A stretch of 50,113 bases of DNA from Chiloscyllium plagiosum (taxonomy: Eukaryota). The notes under the pieces were generated by a model. It saw nothing but the letters and a program-made list of their open reading frames with translations, was not told the DNA's origin and did not search any database. The translations under genes were made by a program, and so were the position numbers. Shown here piece after piece: positions 12,317 through 24,546 of the stretch (positions are counted from its first letter, which is position 1; every line of letters begins with the position of its first letter). The stretch spans positions 12,380,924-12,431,036 of the forward strand of contig NC_057718.1 in assembly GCF_004010195.1 (NCBI RefSeq), in the 5' to 3' direction.

Positions 12317-12532
12317 CTTTTCTCTCCTTACAGATGCCGCCAGACCTGCTGAGATTTTCCAGCATTTTCTCTTTTGGCTTCAGATTCCAGCATCCGTAGT
12401 AATTTGCTTTTATCCCTATAATCTCTCGATGCACTGTCATTATCACCTCTTTATTGCTACCTTTGCTTCTGGAGCCATGACTCACCTTCTCTCAGTTTAG
12501 TATAAATACCTCCTTATTTCTCCTTTTTTTTT

Positions 12533-12571
12533 AGCTTTGACAAAGGGTCAGTTAGACTCGAAACGTCAGCT
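12533..12571 (+). ncRNA. minimal type-I hammerhead ribozyme motif, U3-A8 core variant (copy 2); predicted cleavage after 12567
   Basis: AGCT-TTGACAA-A-GGGTC-AGTTA-GACTC-GAAA-C-GTC-AGCT: stem I AGCU/AGCU, stem II GGGUC/GACUC, palindromic ACGU helix III, GUC triplet. Confidence 0.8.
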
Positions 12572-13539
12572 CTTTTCTCTCCTTACAGATGCTGCCAGAC
12601 CTGCTGAGATTTTCCAGCATTTTCTCTTTTGGTGTCAGAAAAATCCATCTGTTTCACTAATGTCCTTTAAAGAAGGAAGTTGCTGTCCTTACTTGGTCTG
12701 GGCTACATGTGATTCCAGACCCACAGCAATGTGGTTGATTCCCAACTGCTCTCTGGCAATTAGGGTCAGGCCACAAACACTGCCTAGCCAGCGACACTCA
12801 CATCCCATAAATAATTTTTTAAAAAAGACCTTCACTTCTGTGTTGTGTTGGGGTATGTCTTTCACCCCTAGGGATGAAATAAAATGCACCATCCAACCAA
12901 ACAAAAGTTCAATATTAATCACAGATTAAGGTAATCTCTGACCACATTTTTGTACCATTCACCATGTACCATACCACATCCACCTCTTCCCTCTCAATTC
13001 TGATTCCGCCCCTGGAAAAATATGATCTCCCAATTCATTTAGAATTGTCCCTTCAAGATTGCACCAGCCTCCGTTCACACAATATATGATTTTTAATTTA
13101 TTCTCGGGATTTGGGCATCACTGGCTAAGCCAGTGTTTATCATCCATCCCTAATTGATCAGAGGGCAGTTAAGAGTCTCTCATATTAGCTATGGATCTGC
13201 AGTTACATGTAAGCCAGATCAGTTAAGGATGGCAGATTCCTTTCCTAAAGAATATTAGTGAACCAGGTGTGGGGGTTTTCAATCAATTAACAACAGTGTC
13301 ATGATGATACACTTTGAATTCCAAATTATAATAAATTCAACTTCCACCAGCTGTCATCGTGATAATTCAAATGCAGTTCCCCAGAATGTTACCTAAGTCT
13401 CTTCGGTTGATAGTCCAATGATAATACCACTAGGGCCATTGCCTTCCCAATTTCTGCAGCTAAGTCATTTGCTTAACTCTACCACCACCCTTTATTTCCC
13501 TAGTTCCCAGTCAAACCCTTATTTCTGGCCCTTTCTCTG

Positions 13540-13622
13540 GGATGCTGCCCGATTTCCTGTGCTTTTCCAGCACCACACTTCTTGACGCTGACTCTACAGT
13601 ATCTGCAGTCCTCACTTTCTCT
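13540..13622 (+). mobile_element. PLE terminal-module fragment without hammerhead
   Basis: GATGCTGCC...TTTTCCAGCACCACAC...CTGCAGTCCTCACTTTCTC. Confidence 0.75.
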
Positions 13623-13789
13623 CAGCTCGTTTCCCTATTGTGGCTTTCATTCAGTTCCAAGGGATATCAACTATAGTGGGCAACTGCTTTAGTCATTCAC
13701 TGTCAGGTCTGGCTGATCCACATGAAGCATCGTCTGGTTCTGCTGTCATCTGCTGAAGCTGCTCACTTTTCCAGTCTCATTCTCGAATA

Positions 13790-14385
13790 CAAAGATATAT
13801 GCCCCTGGTTTATTTTCTGCACTGCAAAACCATCTTCTTAAAGGCCCCTCTCTTCAGTGCTCACCTCTAACAACAACCACAAGGAATTTATGAACTTCTT
13901 TATCACAAGGATCAAGTGCCTCTGCCCTATCTCTCCCCTCCACTAGCCTATCCAGCCAAACTTCCTCTCCTGGCTCTCGTTTCTAGTTTCTTTCCTATCT
14001 CCTCTCATGATCTAGCTTAGCTCATCTTGTCCATGAGACCCTTGACCCTAGTCCCACTAAACTGTTGACCATTCAATTTCCCCTCCTGGTCCCAACGTTA
14101 GTGGTTTTCTCTTCAGTTACTCTCCTCTGCTGCTTCACCCACTCCTCAAAATAACAAACCAATCCAGAACCTCACCCTCCTCTCCAAAGTCCTTGATTGC
14201 TTCCCAAATTCATGTCCATCAAATTCATGGAACTCCAAATTTGAATCTGTTAAAGCTGCGATCTGCTCTAGCACATTGCGGCTCTTATCAAAGTGACAAT
14301 TGACATCCTATTTGACAAGAGTAAATGTTCTCACCTCATCCTCATGACCTTCCTGCAGAATTTGCCACACCAGACAATACACACC
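13790..14385 (+). mobile_element. degraded L2-clade LINE RT fragment
   Basis: LDPSPTKLL and ALIKVTIDIL...LILMTF (decayed LLDLSAAFD). L2-type 3' tails at about 14760-14990, 18700-18920 and 27760-28170. Confidence 0.7.
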
Positions 14386-14386
14386 G

Positions 14387-14503
14387 TCTCTGTCTCTCTC
14401 TCTCTCTCTCACACACTCTCTCTCTCACTCTCTCTCTCTCTCTCTCTCACTCACACACGCACACATGCACACACACACACACTCTCTCTCTCTCTCTCTC
14501 TCT
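14387..14503. repeat. compound (TC)n/(CA)n microsatellite
   Basis: Directly visible dinucleotide runs. Confidence 0.95.
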
Positions 14504-15721
14504 CGAGTTGTTTAGGTCTGGAGTGTTCTGCCTGGAAGGGTGATGGAGGCAGGTTCAATCAAGGCACTCTGGAGAGCATTGGGGGATAATTTGAATAGGG
14601 ATAATCTGCAGGGTTACAGGGAAAAGATAGGGTGAATATCTCTATGTCATGATGCTTATTCTGAGAGCTGGTACAGACACAGTGGGCCAAATGGTCCCTT
14701 TCCGCACCATAACAATTCTATGATTATCTGTGCTGGTCTAATTTTTGTGTATCCCTCATTTTAAATCGTACACAGTTGGTGCTTTAAGCCGCCTTAGTAG
14801 AAAACTCTAATTCCATGTCTAAACCTCCCTGGCTTCTGTTTAAGATGCTCCTCCTCTTTGACCAAACTTGTGGCCATCTGCCCTGATATTGCTTTCTGTG
14901 GCTTGGTGTCAAATCCTACCTTACAACACTCTTTTGGAGTGCCTGTGGTCATTTGACGTTAAAAGCGCTATGTAAATATAGATTGTTGTTGTTTGCGCTG
15001 TAAAACCAACAATCTCCCAGACATCAGCTATCTACCAATCATTCCGTCACTGCATTGCTATGCAATCTGACTACACAAGCAATGACAGATGGCAACACTC
15101 TGCCAAAACTCAAAGCAGATTAGCAAGGGCCTCTCTGTGTTGGAGGGACCAATTACCACACACTACCCTCAGGGAACGATATCAGATGTTCACTGGGGCT
15201 AAATAATATTTGAATTGAAAAAAATCTTCCTCTGAACACCGTATTCAGTGTTTAGTGTCAGCAGGTTGTAATTAGCTAATTAAATGAATGGGACTGACAG
15301 AATGGCCCAGTGGGGCATGATGTAACACAGACAGCTCCTGAAATATGAGGAGGAAGCATCGTGGAATATTAAGCACCGAGAACAGTTAACACCTTGTCCA
15401 TGAAGGAATACCTTTTGCTACAGGTTCACAAGTAGACAGCAATGTCTTAAACAGACCCAACTGAGATGAAAGGGTCCCGTCTCCTGTCTGAAGTTAACAA
15501 ACTATATTATGAAGCCACCTCAGAAATAAGACGGTTTTCACACGTTAACACATATGCTTATTAATATTGCCCAACCCAAACACACCCTTAATCTTTTCCC
15601 TTCCTTGTTAAATGTTTTTGCCCTCCGCTTCTGAAACTCTTGATTCTTTTTGCACTGTGGTTTCTCAAGTGCTCCTGACATTTTCTTCGGTAGCCTTCAT
15701 AGGACTTACACAGTTAATGAT

Positions 15722-16425
15722 CAGGCCCTGGAGAGTGCTGCCAAACAAAGAGACCGAAGGGAACAGGGACATAGTTCCTTCAAAGTGCTGTCACATGTAA
15801 ACAGGGTCTTGAAGAAGCCATTTGGCACACTTGCCTTCATTGGTCAGAACATTGAGTATAGGAGTTGGGACGTCAAATTACAGCTGTGCAAGACATTGGT
15901 AAGGCCAGAAGTGGAGTATTGCGTACAATCCTGGTTGCTCTGTATTAGAAGAATGTTATTAAACTCGGAAGAGTGCAGAAAGATTTACAAGAATGTTACC
16001 GAAACTGGAGGGTTTGAGTTATAAGGAGAGGCTGGGACTTTTTTTCCCCGAGAGCATAGAAGGCTGAGGGGTGCCTGTATAGAGGGACATAGATTATGTG
16101 AATAGCTAAGGTCTTTTCCTCAGGGTAGGAGAGTTCAAAACTAGTTAAAGGTGAAAGGAGAAAGATTTAAAAGATACTTGAGGGGGAACCTATTCACACA
16201 GAGGAGGGTGCATATATGGAACTAGCTGCCAGAGAAAGTGGTAGGGGAAAGTAAATTACAACAATTAAAAGACATTTGGACAGGACATGGATAAGAAAGG
16301 TTTAGAGGGATATGGGCCAAATAAAAGCAAATGGGACCAGTTCAGCTTTGGAAACCTGGTCAGCATTGATGAGTTGGGCCAAAGGGTCTGTTTCCATGCT
16401 GTATGACCCTATGACTCTTATGACT
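15722..16425 (+). mobile_element. CR1/HER1-type LINE 3' fragment
   Basis: LAFIGQNIEYRSWDV...LVRPEVEYCVQSW; CR1 3' UTR with CTATGACT-type tail. Confidence 0.9.
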
Positions 16426-17426
16426 GGGAGTGTCTGCAATCTCAAAAGCACTTCATTGGCTGTAAAGCACTTTGGGACATCTGGAAGGTCAAAGCTGTTC
16501 CATCTTTTATTTTAAATAAACAGGATAATGCCATTGAGTAGAGGACTGTCAGACTGAATGTGCTAATGTTTCATCATCTCACACTCATTTACAGAGACAT
16601 AACTGTAGCCAGCTGCAAAACCACAATTAAAAAAATGAAAAACGTTCAATCTGATTTTAAAGGGCTTAGCAATTGTGTTTAATTGATTTGTGAAAATATT
16701 GTAAATGGACATGGTGTGTCAGTACATGCAGAGGCACTGTATAATTATAACTACAGACACTATATTTAAGGGACATGATGGCATAGTAGTAATGTCACTT
16801 GACTGATAACCCAGAGGTTCAGTCTAATGATCTGGGGACATAGGTTCAAGTCAACTATGTAGAATTTCAATTCCATTAATAAACCAGGAAAATGAAGCTA
16901 CTCTCAATAATAGTGACCATTGCAAATATCATTACTTGATTTAGGGAAGGAAGTTTGCTGTCATTGTCTAGCCTAGACATGAACATCAGACACACAGCTA
17001 TGTGATTGACTCCTGAACTTCTCTCAAACCATTAAGTTTAAGAACAATTAGAGAAAGGAAACAGATGCCCAAATCCCATTTTTTTAAAAATGCAATTCAT
17101 TTTATTTTACTTCCTTCACTTCTGAAATGTCTTATACGCTTTTCTCCTCTCCCCTCTCATCTTATCACGTTTGTGATGACTTGTTGTATTCATCCATACT
17201 TGTCACCCTTTCTCTGCACTTGGAATGACCTCATCAGCCAGGTCGTCATTATTGGTAGATTTTAGACTGGCCATTGAGAAATCCCTCAGCTACCTTGGCC
17301 ATAAGACCTGGAACTCTCCCGTCCATATGAGCAAACCCTCCTACATATCCACCTCAACATTCTTAAAATCTACCTGACTGACTACATTGTTAGCCATTTA
17401 GCTCATATTAACTCATGTGGCTATAG

Positions 17427-17628
17427 GAGAAAGTGAGGACTGCAGATGCTGGAGAGTCAGAGTCAAAGAGTGTGGCACTGGAAAAAGGACAGCAGGTCAG
17501 GCAGTTTTCAAGGAGCAGGAGATTTGATGTTTCAGCCTGATGAACAGCTGAAGCCCGAAACATTGACTCTCTGCACCTCGGATGCTGCCTGACGTGCTGT
17601 GCCTGTTCCAGCGCCACTGTTTTTGACC
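17427..17628. mobile_element. fold-back mini-PLE with central decayed hammerhead; 13-bp TSD
   Basis: TSD CATGTGGCT(A/G)TAG at 17414-17426 and 17629-17641. Left arm is the minus-strand module; right arm starts CCTGATGAA...GCCCGAAACATTGA. Confidence 0.85.
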
Positions 17629-17975
17629 CATGTGGCTGTAGCCTCATAAGGCTCCTGTGAAACATCTTAAGTTGTTTAAATGCATTAAAGGTGCTATACA
17701 AATAAAACTTTTTGTTGCTGGCATCCTGTGCACTCAGTGATACCCTAGATTAGCTGGCAGGGGAGCCCATCACCTTTCTGAATCTTCCCTGACTAGGTTT
17801 CAAGAGAAGGCTGTCACCAGTTTAGAATGGTGCTGCTGTTGAGATCACCGGATCTTTGTGTTAGAAATATTCTAGAATCGCATGATTGTGTGCTTAGTTT
17901 TCATATCCCACTTTGCCTCACCCTACTTCTGCCAATTGCAGTCCCACATTCCTGTGAGATTCTGTGCTATTTCTG

Positions 17976-18046
17976 GCATGGTGGTCCTGTGGTGAGCATA
18001 GCTGCCTTCCAAGCAGTTAACCTGAGTTCAGTTTTCAGCTATTGCA
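17976..18046 (+). pseudogene. tRNA-Gly(TCC) pseudogene or tRNA-derived head
   Basis: GTGGTGAGCATAGCTGCCTTCCAAGCAGTT matches vertebrate tRNA-Gly-TCC. The T arm and acceptor stem are degraded by CpG-type changes. Confidence 0.85.
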
Positions 18047-19519
18047 AATGGTGAGTTCAAGCCATTCATTAAAACCTACAAGCTCAAAATGAATTTGGTT
18101 TACACTGTTGAGCTGCTGCGGGAATGGTGGTTGAAAAGAGAGAAAATCCTTTGTGTGATCTCCTCATTAGGAAGCTACGTCTGAATATCAGTACAGTGAA
18201 CGTGGTGACAGATTCACCAGAGTTGCTAAAGTGTTGGGAGCAAATCACTTGCCAGACCCCAGTGTTCTCCAGAGCTTGCTATGCCGTTTGGTACTTGGTG
18301 TTAGAAACAATGAGAAGATTGCTATTCATTGCAGAATTTGAGGTGCCAGAGCTGAGAAAAGTTCAGAGGAAGGTCTAAATGTTCAGGAATATGACTGAGG
18401 AAGAGGCTTCTGTAACACTGGAAACTTTGGTTTTGGAATCCAGAAGCACTTTCATCTTGGCATCAAGTATGATTTTAGTATTGGAACGTATGGTCTAGAT
18501 ATCTATGTGGTCATGGAATGGCTTGGTTTCAGTATTTCTGATAAAAAGGTGAATTGGTTCAAAATACAAGATTTCCAATGAGGCAATTTCAGCAAAGATA
18601 TGATAGCATCCTGCTAGCTGGCAAGTAATTTGAACAAGCAATAAAGCTAATTTCTAACAGTAAAATATTCCCCCATTATATTCCCAACATTGGTGGTTAT
18701 GCTAGAGTTCTAAGCTTGAGAATTTCCTCTCTAAAACTCTCCACCTTTCACTTCTCTCTGCTTTTTTGAGTAACTGTTTAAAACCTGCTTCTTTCACCAA
18801 GCTTTTGGCTATCTACTTTATTATCTACTGATACAGCACCAGCCAAATAGCCACTTCCCTGTAATTTGCTGTGGGCCAATTTATGACATTAAAGATGCTT
18901 TATAAATGTAAATTGTTTCATACAAGAGAAGTTCATGATAAATTAAAGTCATAAAATGTTAACCAGCTGCTTGCTACCTGTTGTTAAATATTGATTTGAA
19001 ATGCATTGTAAAACCAAACACGATGACCCAAATTTCAAAATCCCACAGGCTCGGGAAACTTCTGTGGAAAGGTTAGCCGAGCTGGTTGACGTGACATTAG
19101 AGACCCTGGGAAGTGGTTCAATGGTAACATCCCAACTCTCATGCATCTGACAGTATCACCTGGGTTTATTTGTTCTGATCAAATAGAAGACCTCAATTAT
19201 TAATGGACACATTCTCATTCATGCTCATTACAAGCAGTTCATGTAATGTCCTCAGTAATGCCTGCATGCTGACAGTCAGGGTGCCATGATCCACTCTGTC
19301 TGCCAAAGATTTTATTTCCAGACTGACTAGTGAACAATCACACTTCCATCAGCTACAGGCCAAGACAATAAGCTGCTTCATGTATATTTCATGGGACATA
19401 TTCAGGGGATTGGGAGCTCTATGCAATGGAAAAGCACCTAATACTCTGGAATAATGGAGCAGGATTCATAATCTATGCGTCACCTTAGCCCTGTGCTCTT
19501 GTTTAGCTTCACTCACAAA

Positions 19520-20108
19520 TCAAGCACAGACCTGCTGACCACTTTGCAGAGTACCTCCATTCAGTCGGCAAGTATTGTGACAAGTGTTCTTATTGCTTGC
19601 TATTTAAATTCTTCACCTTGCTCCCACGCTGACATCTCTGTCCTCAGCCTGCCACTGTGTTCCACTGAAGCAACCACAAGCTTGAGGAATAACACCTCAG
19701 TCCTTCGACTGGGTAGCCTTCTTGAATCAAACAAGTTTGCATTCAATAATTTTAAATCCCAGTCTCTACCAGAATTCAGTGTTGTCTTCTTTTCCTCTCT
19801 CTCATGTTTCTTCTACTGTATGGTCAAACTACAATGATCACCACTCTCTGGACACATCTTTTATTCCTTAATTTGTCCCAATTCCTACTCTCTTTGACCT
19901 TGAAACTTGATTCTTAGTCACTTACTCTCTCCTGTTCTCCACACTATCATAGACCTTCCTTTTTGTTCTTCCTTTCGCCTTATCCACACAAACCCACTGC
20001 CAATCCCTGCACCTGTTCAAAACAAATTATAATTGTAATTTTTGACTAATCTGATGAAAGATTACAGATCACTGAAATGTTAACTTAATTTCCCTACCCA
20101 CAGATGTT
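19520..20108 (+). mobile_element. old PLE 3' end: GIY-YIG remnant, UTR and decayed hammerhead
   Basis: FAEYLHSV, IACYLNSSPCSHADISVL, KLEE, RLGSL; CTGATGAA...GAAATGTTAACT at about 20051-20085. Confidence 0.75.
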
Positions 20109-20110
20109 AG

Positions 20111-22895
20111 ATAAGACCGTAGGATTAGGAGCAGAATTAGGCCACTCGGCCTATTCAATCATGGCTGTTATGTTTCTCAACTGCATTCTCCTGCTTTTTT
20201 CCTGTAACCTTTGATCCCCTTACTCATCGAAAACCTGTCTATCTCTGTCTTAAATACACTCAATAACTTGAGCTCCACAGCCTTCTGCAACAATGAGTTC
20301 CACAGATTAACCACTACCTGGCTGAAGAATTTTCTCCTCATCTCAGTTCTAAAAGGTCATCTCTTCACACTAAGGCTGTGCGCTTGAGTCCTAGTCTCTC
20401 CTACTGATGGAAACATCTTCTCCACATCCAGATCTTTCAGTATTTTGTAAGTTTCAATCAGATTCCCTCTCATCCTTCAGAACTTCATTGAGTGCAGACA
20501 CAGAGTCTACAACTGCTCTTATATGATAAGCCCCTCAATTCCTGGGATTGTTCTTGTAAACCTCTTCTGGGCTCTCTCCAAGGGCTAGCACATCCTTCCT
20601 CGGGTATAGGGCCCAAAACTGCTCGCAATATTCCAAATGCTGTCTGACCAGAGCCTTACAAGCATCAGCAGTACATCTCTGCTTTTGTATTCTAGTCCTC
20701 TTGCAATGAATGCTAACATTGTAGTTGTCTCCCTAACTGCCAGCTGAACGAGCATGTTAATCTTCAGACAATCCTGAACTCAGACTCTCAAGTCCCTTTG
20801 TGCTTCAGGTTTCCAAAGCCTTTCCCCATTTAAAAAATAGCCTATGCTTTTATTCTTCCTACCAAAGTACTGCGCCAACATTGTATTCCATCTACCTCTT
20901 CTTTGCCTGTCCAAGTCCTTCTGCAGCCTTCCCACTTCCTCAACACTACCTGTCCACCTATCACTGTGTCATCTGCAAACTAAGTAACAGTGCCCTCGTT
21001 TCTTTCACCCATAATATGAATAGTTGTGGTCCCACAACTGATCCCTGCAGAATTGCAATAATCACTGGCTGCCACCCTGAAAAAGCCTCCTTATCCCTAT
21101 TCTCTGCCTTCTGCTAGTTAGCCAGTCCTCTATTAATGCCTACACCTTGCACCTAACACCATGGACTCATCTGATTTAGCAGCCTCCTGTGCGCATGTGT
21201 CAAAGGCCTGGTAATCCAAATAGATCATGTTGACTGGCTCTCCTTTGTTCATCTTGCTTAGTCCTCAGAAGAATTCTAACAGTTTAGTCAGGCATGGCCT
21301 CCCCTTGACAAAACCATGCGGCTCAACCCTATTTTACCATGTGCTTCCAAATATTCCACACACAGATCCTTAATATGAATTCTAAAGTCTTACCAATGAC
21401 TGAGGTCAGGATGATTGGCCTATATTTTCCAGTCTTCTGCCTCCCACCCTTCTGAAACAGTTTTCCTCATTTTTCAGTAGTGTAGGACACTCCCTTACTC
21501 CAGTGATTCCTGAAAGATCAACACCGATGGCTCTACAATCTTCTCAGTTAACTCCTTTAGAACGCTAGGTGTAGTCCATCCAGTCTAGGCGATTTATCCA
21601 CCTTCAGATCCTTCAGCTTCTCCAGCACCTTCTCCGTAATGATGGCCACAACACTCACCTCTGCCCCAGACTCTTTTGAAGTTCAGATATGCTGCTGGTG
21701 TCTTCCACTGTGATGACTGATGCGAAGTACCTATTCAGTTCCTCTGCTATTTCTTAGTTCCCCATTACTACTTCTCCAGCCTCATTTTCTAATGGTGTAA
21801 TGTCTACTCTTGCCTCTAAAAACTCTTGCAATCTTCTTATATTTCCTTATCTCCCAATTTATTCCTTTTTTAGTTATCCTCTGTTGGTTTGTAAAGGCTT
21901 CCCAATCCTCTGGCTTCCCATTAATCTTCACCACATTATATGCTTTGACTTTTGTTTTTATGTTGTCCCTGACTTCCCTTGTCAGTTATGGTTACCTCAA
22001 TCTCTCCTTAGTATGTTTCTTCTTCCTTGCAATGAATTTCTGCTGTGCCTCCTGAAATACCTCCAGAAACTCCTGCCATTGCTGCTCCACCATCACCCCT
22101 TCCAATCAACTCTGGCCAGCTCCTCCCTCATGTTTTTGTAATTACCTTTACTCAACTGTAATACCATTACCTCTGATTCCAGTATCCCCTTCTCAAACTG
22201 TGAGGTGAATTCTAACATATTATGGTCACTGACCCCTTGGGGATCCTCCACCTTAAGCTCCCTAATCAAGTCTACCTTATTACACATCACCCAATCTAGA
22301 GTTGCCGGTTCCCTATTGGGGGAGAAAGTGAGGACTGCAGATGCTGAAAATGTGTTGCTGGAAAAGCGCAGCAGGTCAGGCAGCATCCAAGGAGCAGGAG
22401 AATCGACGTTTTGGGCATGAGCCCTTCTCCAACACATTTTCGGTTCCCTATTGGGCCCTACCACAAGCTGCTCCAAATAACAATCTCGTAGATATTCTAT
22501 GAATTATTTTTCTTGAAATCTGGTACCAACCTGATTTTTCCAGTTCCTCTACATATTGAAGTCCCCTGTGATTATTGTAATAGTGCCTTTTTAATCTGCA
22601 TTTTCTATCTCTTGATTTATTTTCTTCACGACATACTGACTACTTCATGGAGGCCTGTATACAGCTCCCTTTACAGTCTTTCTTTTCTTTGCGGTTCCTC
22701 AACTCTACCCGGACAGATTCTAAGATTTCTGACTCTCTACCACTTCTTGCTATCACTTTCTTACTGAGAAGGCAATCCCAACTCCTTTTGCCATCTGTCT
22801 GTCCTCTCAATAGGACATGTATCCTTGAATATTTAGTTCCCAGCCCTGATCCCCTGCTGTCAGGTCTGTGTGATACTCACAACATCATAGCTGCC
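20111..22895 (-). mobile_element. degraded CR1 LINE pieces (AP endonuclease to RT and 3' end)
   Basis: Minus-strand LDWVMCN, SDHNMLEF and KGNYKNMREELARVDW, RT remnants, and a CR1 3' UTR at about 20111-20450. Confidence 0.88.
22321..22440 (-). mobile_element. 120-bp mini-PLE inserted in CR1; 15-bp perfect TSD
   Basis: TSD CGGTTCCCTATTGGG at 22306-22320 and 22441-22455; partial hammerhead and a short inverted segment CAACACATTTT. Confidence 0.9.
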
Positions 22896-23013
22896 AATTC
22901 TTTATTTCTCTCAGGAGAACAGCCCAAAACTTATTTAAATAATAGCAGGCTCACATCCTTCTTAAACTGTGGAGCCAAGAACAGGACACAATTCTCCTGT
23001 TGAAGTGGAAGCA

Positions 23014-24546
23014 ATAGAATATAGAACATAGAACATTACAGTGCAGTACAGGCCCTTCGGCCCTTGATGTTGTGCCGACCTGTGGAACTAGCCTGAAGCC
23101 CATCTATCCTACACTTTTCCATTATCATCCATATGTTTATCCAATGACCATTTAAATGCCCTTAAAGTTGGTGAGTCTACTACTGTTGCAGGCAGTGTGT
23201 TCCATACCCCTACTACTCTCTGAGTAAAGAAACTAACTCTGATATCTGTCCTATATCTATCACCCCTCAATTTAAAGCTATGTCCCTCGTGCTAGCCATC
23301 GCCATCTGAGGAAAAAGGCTCTCTCCGTCCAATCTATCAAATCCTCTGGTTATTTTATATGCTTCTATTAAGTCACCTCTCAACCTTCTTCTCTTTAACA
23401 AAAACAGCCTCAAGTCCATCAGCCTTTCTTCATAAGACCTTCCCTCCATACCAGGCAACATCCTAGTAAATCTCCTCTCTACCCTTTCCAAAGCTTCCAC
23501 ATCCTTCCTATAAAGCAGTGGCTAGAACTGTACACAATACTTCAAGTGCAGCCACACCAGAGTTTTGTACAGCTGCAGCATGACCTCATGGTTCCAAAAC
23601 TCAATCCCTCTACCAATAAAAGCTAACATACCATATGCCTTCTTAACAACCTGGGTGGCAACTTTCAAGGATCTTTGTACATGGACACTGAGATTTCTCT
23701 GCTCATTTACACTACCAAGAATCTTACCATTAGCCCAGTCTCTTTATTCCTGTTGCTCCTTCCAAAGTGAATCACCTCATACTTTTCCACATTAAACTCC
23801 ATTTGCCATCTCTCAGCCCAGTTCTGCAGCTTATCTATGTCCCTCCGTAACCTACAACATCCTTTGTCACTGTCCACAACTCCACCATCAACTGTAAATT
23901 TACTAAACCATCCTTCTACGCCCTCATCCAGGTCATTTATAAAAATGCCAAATAGCACTGGACCCAAAACAGATCCTTGCGGTACACCATTAGTAACTGA
24001 ATTCCAGGATGATCATTTCCCATCAATCACCATCCTCTGTCTTCTTTCAGCTAGCCAATTTCTGATCCAAACCACTAAATCACCCTCAATCCCATGCCTG
24101 CGTATTTTGTGCAATAGCCTACCATGGGGAACCTTATCAACCACCTTACTGAATTCCAAATACACCACATTAACTGCTTTACCCTTATCCACCTGTTTGG
24201 TCACCATCTTAAAGAACTCAATAAGGTTTGTGGGGCATGACCTACCTTTCACAAAACCATGTTGACTATCCCGAATCAACTTATTCCTCTCTAGGTGATT
24301 ATAAATCCCTTCCCTTTTCCAACACTTTACCCATAACCGAAGTAAGGTTCACTGGTCAATAATTACCAGGTTTGCCTCTACTCCCCTTCTTGAACAAGGG
24401 GACAACATTTGCTGTCCTCCAGTCTTCTGGCACTATTCTTGTAGGCAATGAAACATAAAGGTCAAAGCCAAAGGCTCTGCAATCTCCTCTCTGGCTTCTC
24501 AGAGAATCCTAGGATAAATCCCATCCGGCCGAGAGGACTTATCTAT
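23014..24546 (-). mobile_element. CR1/HER1-type LINE, 5'-truncated RT pseudogene
   Basis: SQHGFVKGRSC, KVPHGRL, GPVLFGIFINDLD, WAERWQMEFN, ERVERRFTRMLPG, RRRLRGDLIE; CTATGTT-type tail at 23014-23035. Confidence 0.95.

Larger units (their letters stand above)
11984..12632 (+). mobile_element. PLE 3'-end insertion with two tandem hammerhead modules; 12-bp TSD TGTCAGAAAAAT
   Basis: TSD at 11972-11983 and 12633-12644; pyrimidine-rich UTR; direct repeat 12278-12377 / 12533-12632. Confidence 0.88.
11039..12820 (+). mobile_element. family A SINE split into three pieces (11039-11139, 11935-11983, 12633-12820) by two younger insertions
   Basis: The three pieces are colinear with the intact copy at 5442-5770. 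Confidence 0.8.

Noticed and set aside
14293..14589. ORFs with SLSLSL/HTHT runs
   Set aside because: Translation of a microsatellite next to an L2 fragment.
19048..19123. AG...GT-bounded 75-nt open segment (ARETSVERLAELVDVTLETLGSGSM)
   Set aside because: Weak polypyrimidine tract, unrecognised peptide and no partner exons.
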